From: Oikopleura dioica
Taxonomy: Eukaryota > Animalia > Chordata
DNA length: 64,000 nt
Assembly: GCA_907165135.1 (NCBI GenBank)
Contig: OU015566.1
Coordinates: forward strand, 10,788,001-10,852,000
Direction: 5' to 3'
Part shown: positions 50,201-62,785 of the stretch, one piece after another
Position numbering within the stretch: the first letter of the stretch is position 1
Layout of the letters: every line of letters starts with the position of its first letter
The notes under the pieces: generated by a model
What the model saw: the letters and a program-made list of their open reading frames with translations, nothing else
What the model was told of the DNA's origin: nothing
Databases searched by the model: none
Program-made: the position numbers and the translations under genes

Positions 50201-51019
50201 ATCATAAATAGCGTCGTAAAATGATGATTAAGACACGGCGTTGGCATCGTTTTGCTCGATGGCCCTTTGTACGCAGTGGGAGGAAACGACGGCTGGTCAT
50301 TTTTAAACACGGTCGAGCGATGGGATCCGCAGTTTCGCTCGTGGAATTTTGTTGCGCCGATGAATACGCCGCGGAGCACGCATGGTGTCGTAGCTTTTAA
50401 TTCGAAGATTTTCGCTGTCGGCGGAAGAGACGTCTCTTCATGTCTACGATCTGTGGAATGCTTCGATCCGCATTTTAACCGGTGGACGCAAATGGCGAAT
50501 CTAAACAAGCGGCGGGGAATGCCAGGCGTAGCGGTCTTTCAAGATTCGATTTTCGCCGTGGGTGGGCATGATACTCCAGGAACAGTTCCAATAGGTTCGA
50601 TTTTGAGAGAAATCGATGAGAAACAGAAATTTCGGAACTTTTTGAAGGTGCTCCGAAGCCAGCAGAGTCTGCTGAGAAATATTGCTTGGAAACAAATCAA
50701 TGGACATTGATAGGTTCGCTGAAGATTCCAAGAGAAGGAGCAGGCTGTGCGGTTCTTGGAGATACGCTTTATGCTGTTGGTGGTTTCGATGGAAAGGTAG
50801 GGAGGGCTTATGATAGCAGGAGAACATTTACTCCTTCAGAAATATCTAAAATCCATCGAATACTTACGCCCAAACGCGTCTGAAGAAGACTGGACTCTGG
50901 AAGGAACTCTCCAACATGCCCGATCCGCCTGCGCTGTCCTCCATGTTTCTGAAAAAGTGCATTTTGCCGACGTCTCAACATCTGCTGAAAACTCTCGCAA
51001 TCCTTCAACCTCCGACTGA
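47204..51019 (+). CDS. Kelch-like BTB-BACK-Kelch protein (KLHL1/4/5 group)
   Basis: BTB LCDVTLICG...AHKLVLSSLSSYFAAMF, QLHPSNCLGI, and kelch repeats LYAVGGNDGWSFLNTVERWDP and IFAVGGRDVSSCLRSVECFDPHFNRW. Confidence 0.87.
49019..49898. mobile_element. MITE with ~340-bp imperfect inverted arms in a KLHL intron, 880 bp
   Basis: GGTAAACTTGATGAAAAATG...CATTTTTCATCAAGTTTACC. Arms align over ~340 bp, with a ~70-bp extra block in the right arm. TSD is ambiguous (TA, or a degenerate 11-12 bp repeat). Confidence 0.8.
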
Positions 51020-51197
51020 TAAAATTTTTTCATCGCTCCATTTTCTTTCATTACTCTTTTCAAATAAGGCAGGTCCTTCTTTTCGCTTTCTTCATATTTC
51101 TGTATGACCCGTTCTTCCAAAATATTAATTCAAAATTATGTTCGCAATATTCAGTGAATTATTATTCGACGAATTTTAGAATGATGATGCCAATAAA

Positions 51198-52976
51198 ATG
51201 ACTGATTTTCTTCACGAAGATTTGAGGGCTGAGCCGACTCAGGAAGTCCCCTTTGAAACGCTCAAGCCAGATAAACTCAAGGCAAAAGTCCGTCAGGGCC
51301 TTCCATTAGCGGTGAAAGAGAAAGAAAAATTTTATAAGAGAGTGATTCTTCAAGGAAAGCCACTGTTGGGTGTTGAATTTGAGAGCATCGACAATGCACT
51401 CAATGAAGTTTGGAACTGCACGAAATTTGATAGAAGGAAAGGGATCATTTTTCTTATGGTAAGTAGCAAAAATTAACTAAAGGTGATCGCTGATGAAGAT
51501 TATTCCGATTTGAATGGCTCAGCGAAAGTGGTCAACAACTCGTCGGAGAGGTGATGGCGCGAATTCATCGAAGCCAACCTCAAATAACCTTTTGTCCACT
51601 CATCGGCATCGTCGTCGGTGTTCTAGTGACATTCATCGATGACCGTGGAAAGATCTGGCAGATGATCGAGCATCTCATTCAATCAGAAAGCTGTCCTATT
51701 GCTCGTTCAAGCACGCAGGCAGATGCTGATGATTTAACAATAAGAGATCTTGGTCTTCTCAAGCTAAAGGGCAAACTTAAACCGTGGCTTCTTCAAATCT
51801 CTTCTTCAGGCTCTGGTTTAGTATTTGGCATATTTTGGGAGGTTTTCAACGTTTCGTTTCATTTATTTTTACCCGAGAAAAGCAATAAACTGGCGATTCT
51901 TCCTCTGCTCTTTGTCGTACGAATCATGTGTCCGTTTCGTCGATTGTCTTCTATTGGAAGGGGCAAAGGTTAAATTCCGCTTTGCCCTGGCATTCCTCAA
52001 TTTCTGTTCCTCTCAAGGCCGATGCGTGATCATTGATGGAAGTCCTGACGAAATCGACGATGATTTGATTTTACAAATGATCGAAGATAATCCTTCTGAT
52101 GTCGAAAAGATCTTGAAGAAAGGATTTGACATACGAAATCTGCAAATGGCTATTGTCAAGCAACTGGTCAACAGGCATAAAATGCTTCTCGATCTCAGAG
52201 CAGGTTCGGTCCTCTCGAACAGCAATTTTTTGAAAGAATTCTCTTTAGACGGACTAGAAGCCCAAATGTCTCGACTTTCGCAAAAACATGCCGGCGAATT
52301 TTACGCACAAGCAAAGCACGCAAGTTCCTCTCTTATCTCCATAAATTCCATGTCGCGACTCTTCGCAATTCTGCCTCCTCGATTTTCAGTTCAAAATTTG
52401 GAAAAGATTTTTTCTACTACTACTGATGGATACGCTTACCAAACAGGTACATTTGCAATTCTGGTAAATCTGACTTATTTTAAAGCCTTACGAAAACTGG
52501 CCGATGAGCCAGCATGTGTCATCCTCATGAAAACCGACTTCTCCCCCGACGTCTCTATCGGAGCCGTTCTCTGCGGCATGAAATCGCCAAAAACCGGCCT
52601 TATCGGAAATGGTGAGAGCTTCGTTTTCCGAGTTGAGTGCGAAGTAGAAAGTTGGTTTTGGCACAGTGAGATGCCAACTCAATTCGCTCATTTTTCACCC
52701 GGAAATTTGAATATTGGAAATGGCGCATTGACGATCAATGATGATTTGAAAAATTGGAACGGTTAAATTATAGAATTTATTGTTTGATATTCAAAAACAT
52801 TGAGTGATTTATAAATTATAATCATAAAGCTTGTCATCCTACAACCGTTTTAAAGCTCCACTTGTTCAAGCGAAGTCTTTTCATCGCCCAATTTACTGAG
52901 CCGTGATGGAAGTTTCAATCGATTTCAAGTTATTCAGATGGAAATATTTGCTTTTAGCAGCTTCGAATCTATCTAA
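51198..52976 (+). CDS. TBC1D24: TBC1D24/Skywalker-like (TBC plus TLDc domains)
   Basis: LKAKVRQG, PQITFCPLI, FVDCLLLEGAKVKFRFALAFL (TBC). IFSTTTDGY...IGAVL...GNGESFVFR and LTINDDL (TLDc). The 5' end may extend upstream. Confidence 0.78.
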
Positions 52977-53504
52977 ATCTTTGTTCGGAAGATCTTTCCT
53001 TTTTGTTTTTGGCCATTCCAGATTTCAGACATATTTTGATTTTCAGAGACGTCTGAAAACCTTTGCAGCGTGATTTTTGCCTATTGAAAGAAAAAAACTA
53101 ATGATAGAGAAGCTGAATAATTTTATTTGTTTCATTATATTTTATATGTGATTATATAACTTTGCGTCTTGTTGTGATAACGCATTACACTCATTATGCT
53201 TTATTATTTTATACATGACTTGACCGATAAACTATCTTCACCACACTTCAATACTCAAACTAATTTGTGTGCAAATATACTATCACCACCCATCAAATAC
53301 CTACAGAGCCACAATGAGAGATTATTTCTTATGACATGCCGTGCAATTTTCCTTTTATTATCCAAGCACTCTTTTATATTTAAAAGAAAAACGTATATAT
53401 ATCCCACCCTCATCTTCAAAGTATTCATTCCAGGAAATTTGATTTCAAAGAAATGGATGGCGATCTATTTTTCATTTTTTTACGCTTCAGAGAATAGAAT
53501 CGAA

Positions 53505-55276
53505 ATGCCAGAAGACACAGAACCGCTCGTTGGGGAAGAGATACCTTGCTGCAGTACGAATCCTAGAAGGTAATAAGGCGGGAAAGAAAACAAGTGAGCA
53601 AAGTGCTGCTTTTCTAGCACGGCGTACAAAGTAATCGGATGCTGCTTTCTATGTCTTCTGAGTTTCGGCAGCTACTTCTGTTACGACAATCCCGCAGCCT
53701 TACACTCCCAATTCACCGATCCAAACGTCATGGGCTTGACAGAATCCCAATATATGGGCCTCTACTCGTGGTACTCCTGGCCAAACGTGGTACTCTCTTT
53801 TGTTGGCGGCTATCTCATCGATAAGGTACGCGCATCAATGAGCGAGCGAATGAGAGAAATTTAGTGCGTAATACCTCAATTTACGTATTTTTAATTGTAG
53901 GTCTTTGGGGTTCGTTTGGGCGCTGGCATTTTTTCCCTCTTTGTAATTTGCGGCCAATTTGTTTTCGCCGCGGGGGTGTTCTCCGATCTCCTCTGGCTTT
54001 GCTACGTCGGACGCTTCATTTTTGGAATTGGAGGCGAATCCCTAGCTGTAGCGCAGAATACCTACACTTGTCGATGGTTCTCTGGCTCTACTCTCAATCT
54101 TGGTACAGTTTTTTACAAGAGAAAGATAGAGAAATTATTTTAAGTCTTCGGTCTCCAGCTGTCGATGGCTCGTGTGGGAAGTACTGTCAATATGAACGTC
54201 ATGGTGCCGCTGTACAACAAGTGCATGGAATTCATGACGTACGGCAATCGAACCCTTGGCATGGCGCTGCTTATCGCTGCTAGTACTTGTGTGTTTTCAT
54301 TTATTTGCACTGCCATAATTGCTGCTATGGATCGTAATGCTGAGAAACAAGGAGCTCTAGGAAAGGGATTAATATCGATATATTCCTTGAGGATATTCGA
54401 CTGAGAAGGTATGAGAATATTTGTGAAGGTTTGGACTTGAGATAAACCCTATAAAAGCGCAAAAAGAGGTAAATGAAGACGGAGAAGAGGAGGAAGAAGC
54501 GAAGGTTTCGCTCTTAGACGTATTCAAATTCCCGGCGCAATTCTGGCTTGTCACTATCATTTGCGTTTTGTTCTATGCCTCGGTCTTTCCATTCGTGGCA
54601 ATTGCTTTACCTTACTATCAGTCTGTCTTTGGATTAAGCCCTGCTGAAGCGGCAGCCTTGAACTCCATTATATATATTATGTCTGCTCCATTAGGTAAGC
54701 TCTTCGAGGTTCTATATTATTCAATTGTTCTTCAGCACCTATCTTTGGTCTTATCATCGATATCGTCGGTTTCAACGCGTCTTGGGTCTTCCTCGCGAAT
54801 GTGATTGTTCTCTCTTGTCATCTTCTTCTCGGCTATGTAACAAGCCTCACCCCCTGGGTTGGTGTTGTCGGCATTGGCATCGGGTACTCTATGCTTGCAT
54901 CATCTCTTTGGCCGATGGTCTCTCTCCTTGTCGAGAAACACCAGCTTGGAACCGCCTATGGTTTCATGCAATCCTGGCAGAATCTCGGCTTGGCTCTTGT
55001 GTCAATCGCTATTGGCGCGATTGCCAAGAATCAAATTTGGAAGCAAATCGAGGGATTCTTTTTTGCCTCAGTGGCCGTCTCTGCGATTGCTGCTCTGGCG
55101 CTGATTATTTTAGATAAAGTCAGAAATGGAAAATGCAATGTGAACAAAATCAAAATGAGGTTGGCTTGTTTTTATGCGCGAAGGCGGATTAGACTGACAT
55201 TTTTAGACGTTTGGAAAGAGAGGCGGCCGATCAGGACCTCTTAGACGGCGAGGACAACCCGGCATACGAAGAGTAA
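53505..55276 (+). CDS. MFSD1: Major facilitator superfamily domain-containing protein 1 (lysosomal MFS transporter)
   Basis: FGSYFCYDNPAAL, LYSWYSWPNVVLSFVGGYLID, GRFIFGIGGESLAVAQNTY, LWPMVSLLVEKHQLGTAYGFMQSWQNLGLA. Confidence 0.92.
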
Positions 55277-55696
55277 ATGCCAAAAAACAAACAGCCAGTA
55301 GAATTTTCAAGTCTTCAACTCAATTTTTTTGCGAGTGGTACCACTGTCGTACCATTCGTGATTACTGTATCGATTCAAAGTATTTTTTCTTATCTCGTAC
55401 GTTTTCAAGTCTTATGTGCTCCACTATTTCCATGTATTACCACAAATATCTGTGCCTACCTGTATTATTCTATTGTCCTGAAACTTATATTTTCTTTTGC
55501 TATTTTTCATCCTATTCTTCATCGCAAGGTGCCTCCAAAAAGTCCCCAACTAAGGTCATTGAATGATTTAGGGGCGATTCGAAAAATTCATCTTTCAATT
55601 CACGAAATCTTAATTTTGCACGATTTAGAGCTGCGAAATGAGAAGGCCTTCCCTAAATCGAAGTCAGAAAAGAATGTCCTGAAAATAAATCACTTC

Positions 55697-57154
55697 ATGA
55701 TCAATTGGGCCTGTCTGCCAGACTGGCTCAGGTAAGAAATTAATTGCTAAAACAAGGAGACGAGAAGGTTTCAGGTCGATTGTTCCATGCCACGAAGATG
55801 AAAACGAACGAGCTATTCGCAAGCGCAATGAAGAAATCGACAAGGCTTTGCGAAAGGAAAAAAGTCGACTGAGAAAACAAGTCCGGATTCTACTGCTTGG
55901 AACGGGCGAAAGTGGAAAGAGTACGTTTTTGAAACAGATGAGAATCGTCCATGCGGATGGATTTACAACGCTAGAGAGGTTGAATTTTCGCTCCGTTGTG
56001 TATATGAATATTATAAGGAGCATGAAAGTTCTGATCGACGCACTTGAGGTAGGAATCTCTTCCTAGCTAGTTTTCATATTGTTCAGTCGTTTGCCATCAC
56101 TCTTGAGAAGGAATCCAATGCGAACTATAAAGCAAAGATTCAAGATTGGGACAAAAGCAAGGAGCTCAATCCTGCCACATTTTCCAATTACAGCTCTGGC
56201 CTACTTGAATTATGGGCGGACAAGGCGATCCAGGAGGTGTTCTCGATGAGGTCACAGTTTCAGCTCGGCGAGTCAATTAGATATTACATGGCCGAGGAGA
56301 ATATTGAGCGAATAATGCAGCATGATTATCATCCGAACTCGGTACAAGTTCCTTTCTCTTTCCCGATCCTAACCCCTTGATTAGTCTGACATCTTATGGG
56401 CGCGTAGACGAACCGATGTCGTCTCCGAAACCGAAGTGACCATCAAAAAAGTGCCATTTGCTTTCATCGACGTCGGAGGCCAAAGGACGCAGCGACAAAA
56501 GTGGTTTCAGTGTTTTCAAAACTCGATCAACACTGTTCTTTTTTTCGTAGCCGTATCTGAATTTGATCAGACACTCGTTGAAGATAAAAATACAAATAGA
56601 GTGATAGAATCTCTCAAAGTAAGTGGCGCTTTTTTGGCTCCCCGGGAAAATTTTCTTAGGTCTTCAAATATATTCTCGAGCAAAAAGCCTTCCGAGATCG
56701 AGACATCATTATTTTCTTCAACAAATGCGACTTGCTCGAAGAAAAAATCAAGGAGGGAATCAAAGTGACGGACTACTTCGCGACGCCCTTCAAAGGCGAT
56801 CCCCTCAATGTCAAAGATGTTCAGGTTTCTTTCTTGTTCCTTGTTCAGCGAACAATACTGATTCAGAATTTCTTCCGCGACTTGTTCTATGCCACCGCTC
56901 AGTGCAGATTAGAAACACCCGACGAGCAAGGAAACTTTCGCGATGATCTGGGTCTTTACCATCATTTTACAGTTGCAATCGACACCGAGAATATAAAGAA
57001 GGTTTTCGAAGCCGTCAAAGATATGGAGCAAGGGTTTACAATCTCTACAATTTTTTATCCTTACACAGGAATATTTTTTATCAGATCTTGTGTCAAAATA
57101 AATGAACCCTTATCAGTTCTCAAAGAAAACATGGCCCAGCTAATGCTCGAATAA
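55697..57154 (+). CDS. GNA12: Heterotrimeric G protein alpha subunit, G12/13 class
   Basis: [35 protein letters not shown] (G12-type switch II), [21 protein letters not shown] and C-terminal LMLE. GNA12 versus GNA13 cannot be separated. Confidence 0.88.
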
Positions 57155-57561
57155 AGTCCACTCTGACCGAAATCATATCCCTTCGCCGCCATAAACATAA
57201 TTATACCTGTACATATTGAACATATTTATATTAATACCCTTATCAAAGAAAATAACAGATAAACTTCGAAATAACATGATATCAAACTTCTTGCCTTATT
57301 ACTTCCTCAGCTTCTGACAGTTCTTTCCAGTTTTCAAACTCGACTCTAACAAGACATTTTTAAACATTGTGCAATACAAGAATAACCTCGATACTTCCAC
57401 GAATCATTTTTTACTTCTGATACTACTTTAGTGATTAATCAAACCAATTTTTAAAAGCTGCAGCATTTTGTCATCCACTCAGGTGTCGTTTTCCTTCTTC
57501 TTCCGTTCTCGTAGAATGTCTCGAATCTAAAAGAAACGTTGATAAAGCTTCAAAAATTAGA

Positions 57562-59613
57562 ATGTTCAATTTTGGGAAGTCGACAACGACCGCCAGTGGC
57601 TCGACTGGCGGTTCTCTTCCTACTCCTTCTTTCTCTTTCGGTGGTGCTAGTTCAACTCCAGCGACGAACACCACTTCTTCTACGGGAGGATTTTCTTTCG
57701 GTGGCGCAGCGGCTAGTTCCACGCCCGCTCCAGCAGCAAAAACAGGCGGATTTTCATTCGGTGGAGCTTCGACGGCTGCTCCTACCACGACAGCTCCAAC
57801 TCTCTCTTTTGGTGGAGCAGCAGCTGCAACTACAACAGCATCGACGCTTTCGTTCGGTGCAAGTACAACTTCTGCACCAAGTTCTGGTTTTTCTCTTGGC
57901 GGTTCAACAGCTCCTAAAACCACCGCCTCTGGTTTTTCTCTCGGTGGAGCCACTGCTACGACAAGTGCTGCTCCTGCTACGTTAGGAGGCACTTCTGGCT
58001 TTTCTTTCGGCGGTGCATCTGCTTCTACAGCGACAACTTCCACTGCAGCAACTTCTACTGCCCCTTCTCTCTTCTCCGGCACAACAACAACTGCTCCATC
58101 GCTTTTTGGAGGCGCAAAACCAGGTGGCCTTAGCTTCGGGGCGACTTCCACTGCGGCCACAACGGCGCCTACTCCGCTAACTACAACGACTACCTCGGCG
58201 CCAATCGGTCTTGGCGGTGCTGGATACAACGACAAAAAAGAAGCCGAAAAAGCAGCCACGCCAGCAGCAAAGCCGATCAAAGACCAGCACGTGAATCCTG
58301 AAATTGTAACACTCGTCACTGCGTTGGAGAGCCACATCAAAAAGGAAAAAGAGGAGTCTTCTGAAGTCGCCAAATTCAGTCAAAGACAGTTGATGAAAAT
58401 CAAGGAGAATACAGCGAGCTTGGAACTGATGGTTCGTGCGCTCAAAACGAGCCTGCAAAAGGATGAAACTTCAGTTGGTCTCATCTCCGCGAAAGCATCT
58501 GAATTGCAGAATCATATTGAAATGGCTCAAAGGTAAGTTTCTATTCGATCCTTTTACTTATGATCCAAGAACAAATGATACCCATCCATCGCATCAATAC
58601 GAGAATCACCTTCCCACGAAATACTTTCACGATCTCGCGATCGAGTTCGAGCGCAAACTCATGATCTACAGAAGTCAAATCGACCAGTTAGAGGCTCATC
58701 TCGCTGTTGGAGGCGAAACAGGTACAGAATCCAATTAAATACGACCTTCCATCGTTGTTTTCAGCTTTATCTGAATTGCCGATGGCGTTAGAAAAAATTC
58801 ACCAAACATATATCGCCCTAGCAGCTGGTGTTCAAATTATAATCACAGCGTTAGAAAAAGTCAAGCAGAAGTACCTCAATTACAGGTAATATCAACGACT
58901 GAACTAAAACAAAACATAAAATTTAAGGAGACAAGTTCGAGGAGATACTTCAGATCCTTTTCTTGATAAAAATAAGCCAAAAGGTAATTCATTTATACTA
59001 CTCCCAATCTGCAAGTTAAATTTTAGTCGTTGAAAAGACCGGTCCATCTGCCTTCGCTGATTTATCGAATCTGTCTGTTCTCGCGCTAGCTCAATTATCA
59101 GTTCAAAATCAACAAGCCCAAAACCAACCTCCGAACACTGGATTTACAAGCACTGCCAACACAGGTAAAATAAGCCATTGTGCCACGACTAATCACTCTC
59201 TAGGAGGAGGATTGTTCAGCAACACGAACAACACGAATTCTGGTGGCGGTCTTTTCGGCAATACAACCTCTACTGGCGGCGGTTTGTTTGGAAACACAGC
59301 GAGCAAGCCTGGTGGTCTGTTTGGCAATACGAGCACAAATACTGGAGGTAGTCTCTTTGGGAACACAACTACGAGCAGCACTGGTGGGAGTCTGTTTGGG
59401 AACACCAGCACGAACAACACTGGCGGAGGCCTTTTCGGGAACACAGCCAACAAAGTCGTAACATGTCTGTGTTAGTCATTTTTCCATGATTCTATCTAGG
59501 GCACCAGCAGCTTTTCCTTTGGTAACAACACGAGTACGCCAGCGTCCGGAAGCCTCTTTGGAGGCGCCTCCACGACCTCTGCCAAAAGTGGTGGCTTCTC
59601 CTTTGGGAAGTAA
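57562..59613 (+). CDS. NUP58: Nucleoporin p58/p45 (FG repeats plus coiled coil)
   Basis: N-terminal FSFG/FSLG repeats, coiled coil IKDQHVNPEIV...HIEMAQR, PTKYFHDLAIEFERKLMIYRSQIDQLEAHL, and C-terminal GGLFGN repeats. Confidence 0.86.
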
Positions 59614-59826
59614 AAATACCAAGCCAACCCTGACTGCCACACACTCCCTTCCTTAGGCTAATTTGTAAGTTCAACTAGACTTTTTTCCCTTCTTCACAAA
59701 TGAACAAGAATAAAATGAAATCACGAATAGAAGTCCTGAAACACAGTAATGAATCATTAGTTGATCATTATTGAAAATCGTAGTTTATATACAGATTAAA
59801 GTAAAAATAGGCTTGCAGGAATTCCC

Positions 59827-62319
59827 TCAAATTGGCATGTTTTCGTTGTTATTTTCGAAGTCGGTCTCAGCTTGATCAGATTTTCTGACCTCTTTGTCGT
59901 CTGATTCTTCGTCCTCCAGTTCTGGACAGTCTTCTATAATCTTGATTACACAACTTTGTCGGATAAGCTCTTACTTACCTATTGGAAGACTATCTTCTCG
60001 GTCCTGATTAGGCGCTTCTGCAAGCAATTCGAAGATTCCCGCTGCTTTCAGTTTTTCCATCACTTTGTCGTCCATGTTGCCTTCTACGGAGACAGCAAGA
60101 TCTTTTTTGATCAGTGATTCAATCGTCTTCTTGACACTTTGAGATGCAGCAGAATCTATTCTTTCGACTTTCGTAAAGTCCAATTTGATAACCTTCGGCA
60201 GCATTTAGTACTATTTCATGAGGAGAAACTAACCTGAGATTTATACAGCTCTTGAAAGAGAATGGTTTGGTCAGAAATCTTCTCGGCAGATGGAAAATAA
60301 AGATCACTTTCAAATGAGATCGTTAGAACTCCATTTTCGTCGACAGAATCAGACATGTTCGGGTAGGCATATTTGAAGAGCAGGATAATGAGATGCATCG
60401 CAACACCAATCAAGATCCCATCGGCAGTATCAAAAAGACATCCAATGAAAGTAACAGCGAGAACGACAAAGTCAAGCTTCGAGATGCGCCAGATCTCGAC
60501 GCACCCAGCATAATCGAACATTTGAGACGCCGCCATGATTATAACTTGCCAAAGTTTAACTCTTAATCAGCATGAGCTCAATGCAATACCTGCCCCAAGA
60601 CAAGCCGCAGGAATGTACTCAAAAGCTGGAGTCAAGAAGGCAAGCGCTAAAATTACTAAAACTCCGACCATGATTCCACCAGCTGGTGTCGAAACATTCG
60701 ATTGATTGTTGACTGAGCTTCGGGAAAAAGAACCAGTGACTGGGTAAGAACTGACGAATGCGCCAGCGAAATTGGACATGCCGATGGCAACGAGTTCTTG
60801 TGAAGTCGAAATCCTAGTAATGAAATAACTGAATTTCATGTGCGATTCTACCTGTAGTCGTTCTTCTGAGCAAAGCCTTTAGCGATTGAGATTGATTCCA
60901 AGTATGCCATCATTGGTATTATAGCAAAAGAGCTTCCAAGAGCAGAAACAACCCTTCCAAGAGTCACATGATAATGTCCGTCGTGTGAGCATGCATCAGT
61001 TGGATCCTTCGGATCGCATTTGTAGTAGTAATCCCAAGTAGGGAGGGCAAACCGAGGAAGGGTGGCATTTTTATTGATTTTCGTCAGCGTGAATACTGTG
61101 CAGTTTGCCTTTCCGGGAGATGAATCAGGGCAACCTTCTTCCCAGTACTGAGATTTTAAATTTATCACGGATTTTTGAATCAAGCACCTGGATGAGATTG
61201 TGGTTTACGATGTATGAGATAACTGCAAAACTGATAACGATGATAGCATTTCGAGCAGTTCCGAAAAACCAAAAAATCTTACGCAGCCATTTTGGTTTGT
61301 TCTCATCGTCAGCGAATTTTGTTTTCGCCAATTTCATCAGAAAGATGAGAATCATGGAAGAAAAGCCGACGAGAAAATCGAAAATGTTCGTGTGTTTGAT
61401 GTTTTTGAAAATTTCCCATATTTCTACGAAGAATTCGGAGGTTGTCAGATGAAGACCGAAAAGCTTTTTGACTTGACCCAGGGTTCGGTAATTTGAGCTC
61501 ACGCTAAAACTCAAGGAAACAAAGCTTGAGACTCACGTTTTTTAATTTGAGTTTTGAGAACTCAGAGATGAGAGCTCGCGTCAGAAATCAATTCTGGCGA
61601 TCCATGAGCCAATCAAGGAAGCGCTCGCTTAATTTGAGTTTTGAAAACTCAAAACTCTCAAATCTCCCAAAAACTCAGAACTCTCAAAACTCTCAAATCT
61701 TCTCAAAATGATTTCTCAAGTCACTTTGAGTTCTCAATTTGAGGATATTTGAGCGTCTAGCCAAAATGAGTTTTAGCTTGAGCTCAAATTACCGAACCCT
61801 GACTTGACCAGTAGAAATGGTAACCGACGCGGCGCAGATGAAACCAGTAATTACTGGGTGGGAGATGAAGTTGACGATGAATCCAAGTCTAGCAAGGCCG
61901 AGGGCGACTAGAATGATTCCCACGAAGAATGAAAGAGTTACGGCGATATTCGGATCTGAGATGTGATCCATCGGATGATTTAGCTCTGCTGGCCATGTTC
62001 TTGGTCTTGCACAAGCGGCTGCAACCAAAGCAGACATGATCGCAGTTGGTCCAAGAGAAATGTCTTTGCTCGTTCCAAAAATACAGTAAATCATCGGTCC
62101 CATGAATGCCGAATATAAGCCAAAGGCAGCAGGAAGCCTAGCAATAGAAGCATATGCCAAGCCCTGTGGAATAACAGTAAGTCCAACAGCTGTGCCAGCG
62201 ATAAAATCATTTAGCGCAAAAGCGAAGGTATATTTTCGAAGCCATTGAATAATTGGAAGCAATTCTAGCAAGAATGTCTTCACTTTTCCTCCACTGCATC
62301 TGTTTCTGAAAAAAGGCAT
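59827..62319 (-). CDS. SLC26A11: SLC26A11-like sulfate/anion transporter, interrupted by an exonic MITE
   Basis: LPIIQWL, DFIAGTAVGLTVIPQGLAYA, FGTSKDISLGPTAIMS, FISHPVITGF, YPVTGSFSRSSVN and a STAS domain. The 5' and 3' ends are approximate. Confidence 0.87.
61479..61801. mobile_element. hAT-type MITE, 323 bp, inserted in an SLC26A11 coding exon
   Basis: Perfect 23-bp TIR CAGGGTTCGGTAATTTGAGCTCA and perfect 8-bp TSD ACTTGACC (61471-61478, 61802-61809). Many GAGTTTT/AAAACTC subterminal repeats. Confidence 0.93.
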
Positions 62320-62785
62320 TTCTCTTTTACGGCCAAAAAATGGAGTGAAACGCTGATTTGTTTGGAGTTAGCACATTGACCTCGATTCGTGCTCGGAGGG
62401 AGATCTGTCCTGTCTCCGGGTGAAAAACGCTGATTGGCAATTCAGTCCTCTTTTCAGAATAACAAGTTCAAGTCAAACCATGCGGACTATAATTAAACAA
62501 TTACTGTACTTTTATTTCTAAAAGCAATTTCTTCTTCAATATGAATCTCTTAGAAAGGTACTTCTGATAGCCATCATAAAATTATTTCACGGTAGAGTTC
62601 TAGCGATCGCCATCACGCTCTAAATCTCATTTTTACACTCGGACGATTAACCCGGAACGTGCCAAATTCTGGGCCACCTGTGATCAGTGTACCAAATCGC
62701 ATTTCGTATAAAAACCAACCGCTCCGTTCATTTTCATTATCAATCGCACTCAGACTAAAAAAAAAGAGAAACCAAAAAAGAGAAA

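Noticed and set aside
55898-55925. GTGES instead of GAGES in the G-alpha P-loop as a novelty
   Set aside because: GTGES is normal in the Gq class and compatible with function. It is minor variation.
57471-58373. 300-aa minus-strand ORF, and similar shadows at 4907-5329, 6000-6389 and 63191-63541
   Set aside because: These are antisense shadows of low-complexity real genes (NUP58 FG region, FAM193A coiled coil, PNISR Q tract, Met-rich protein).
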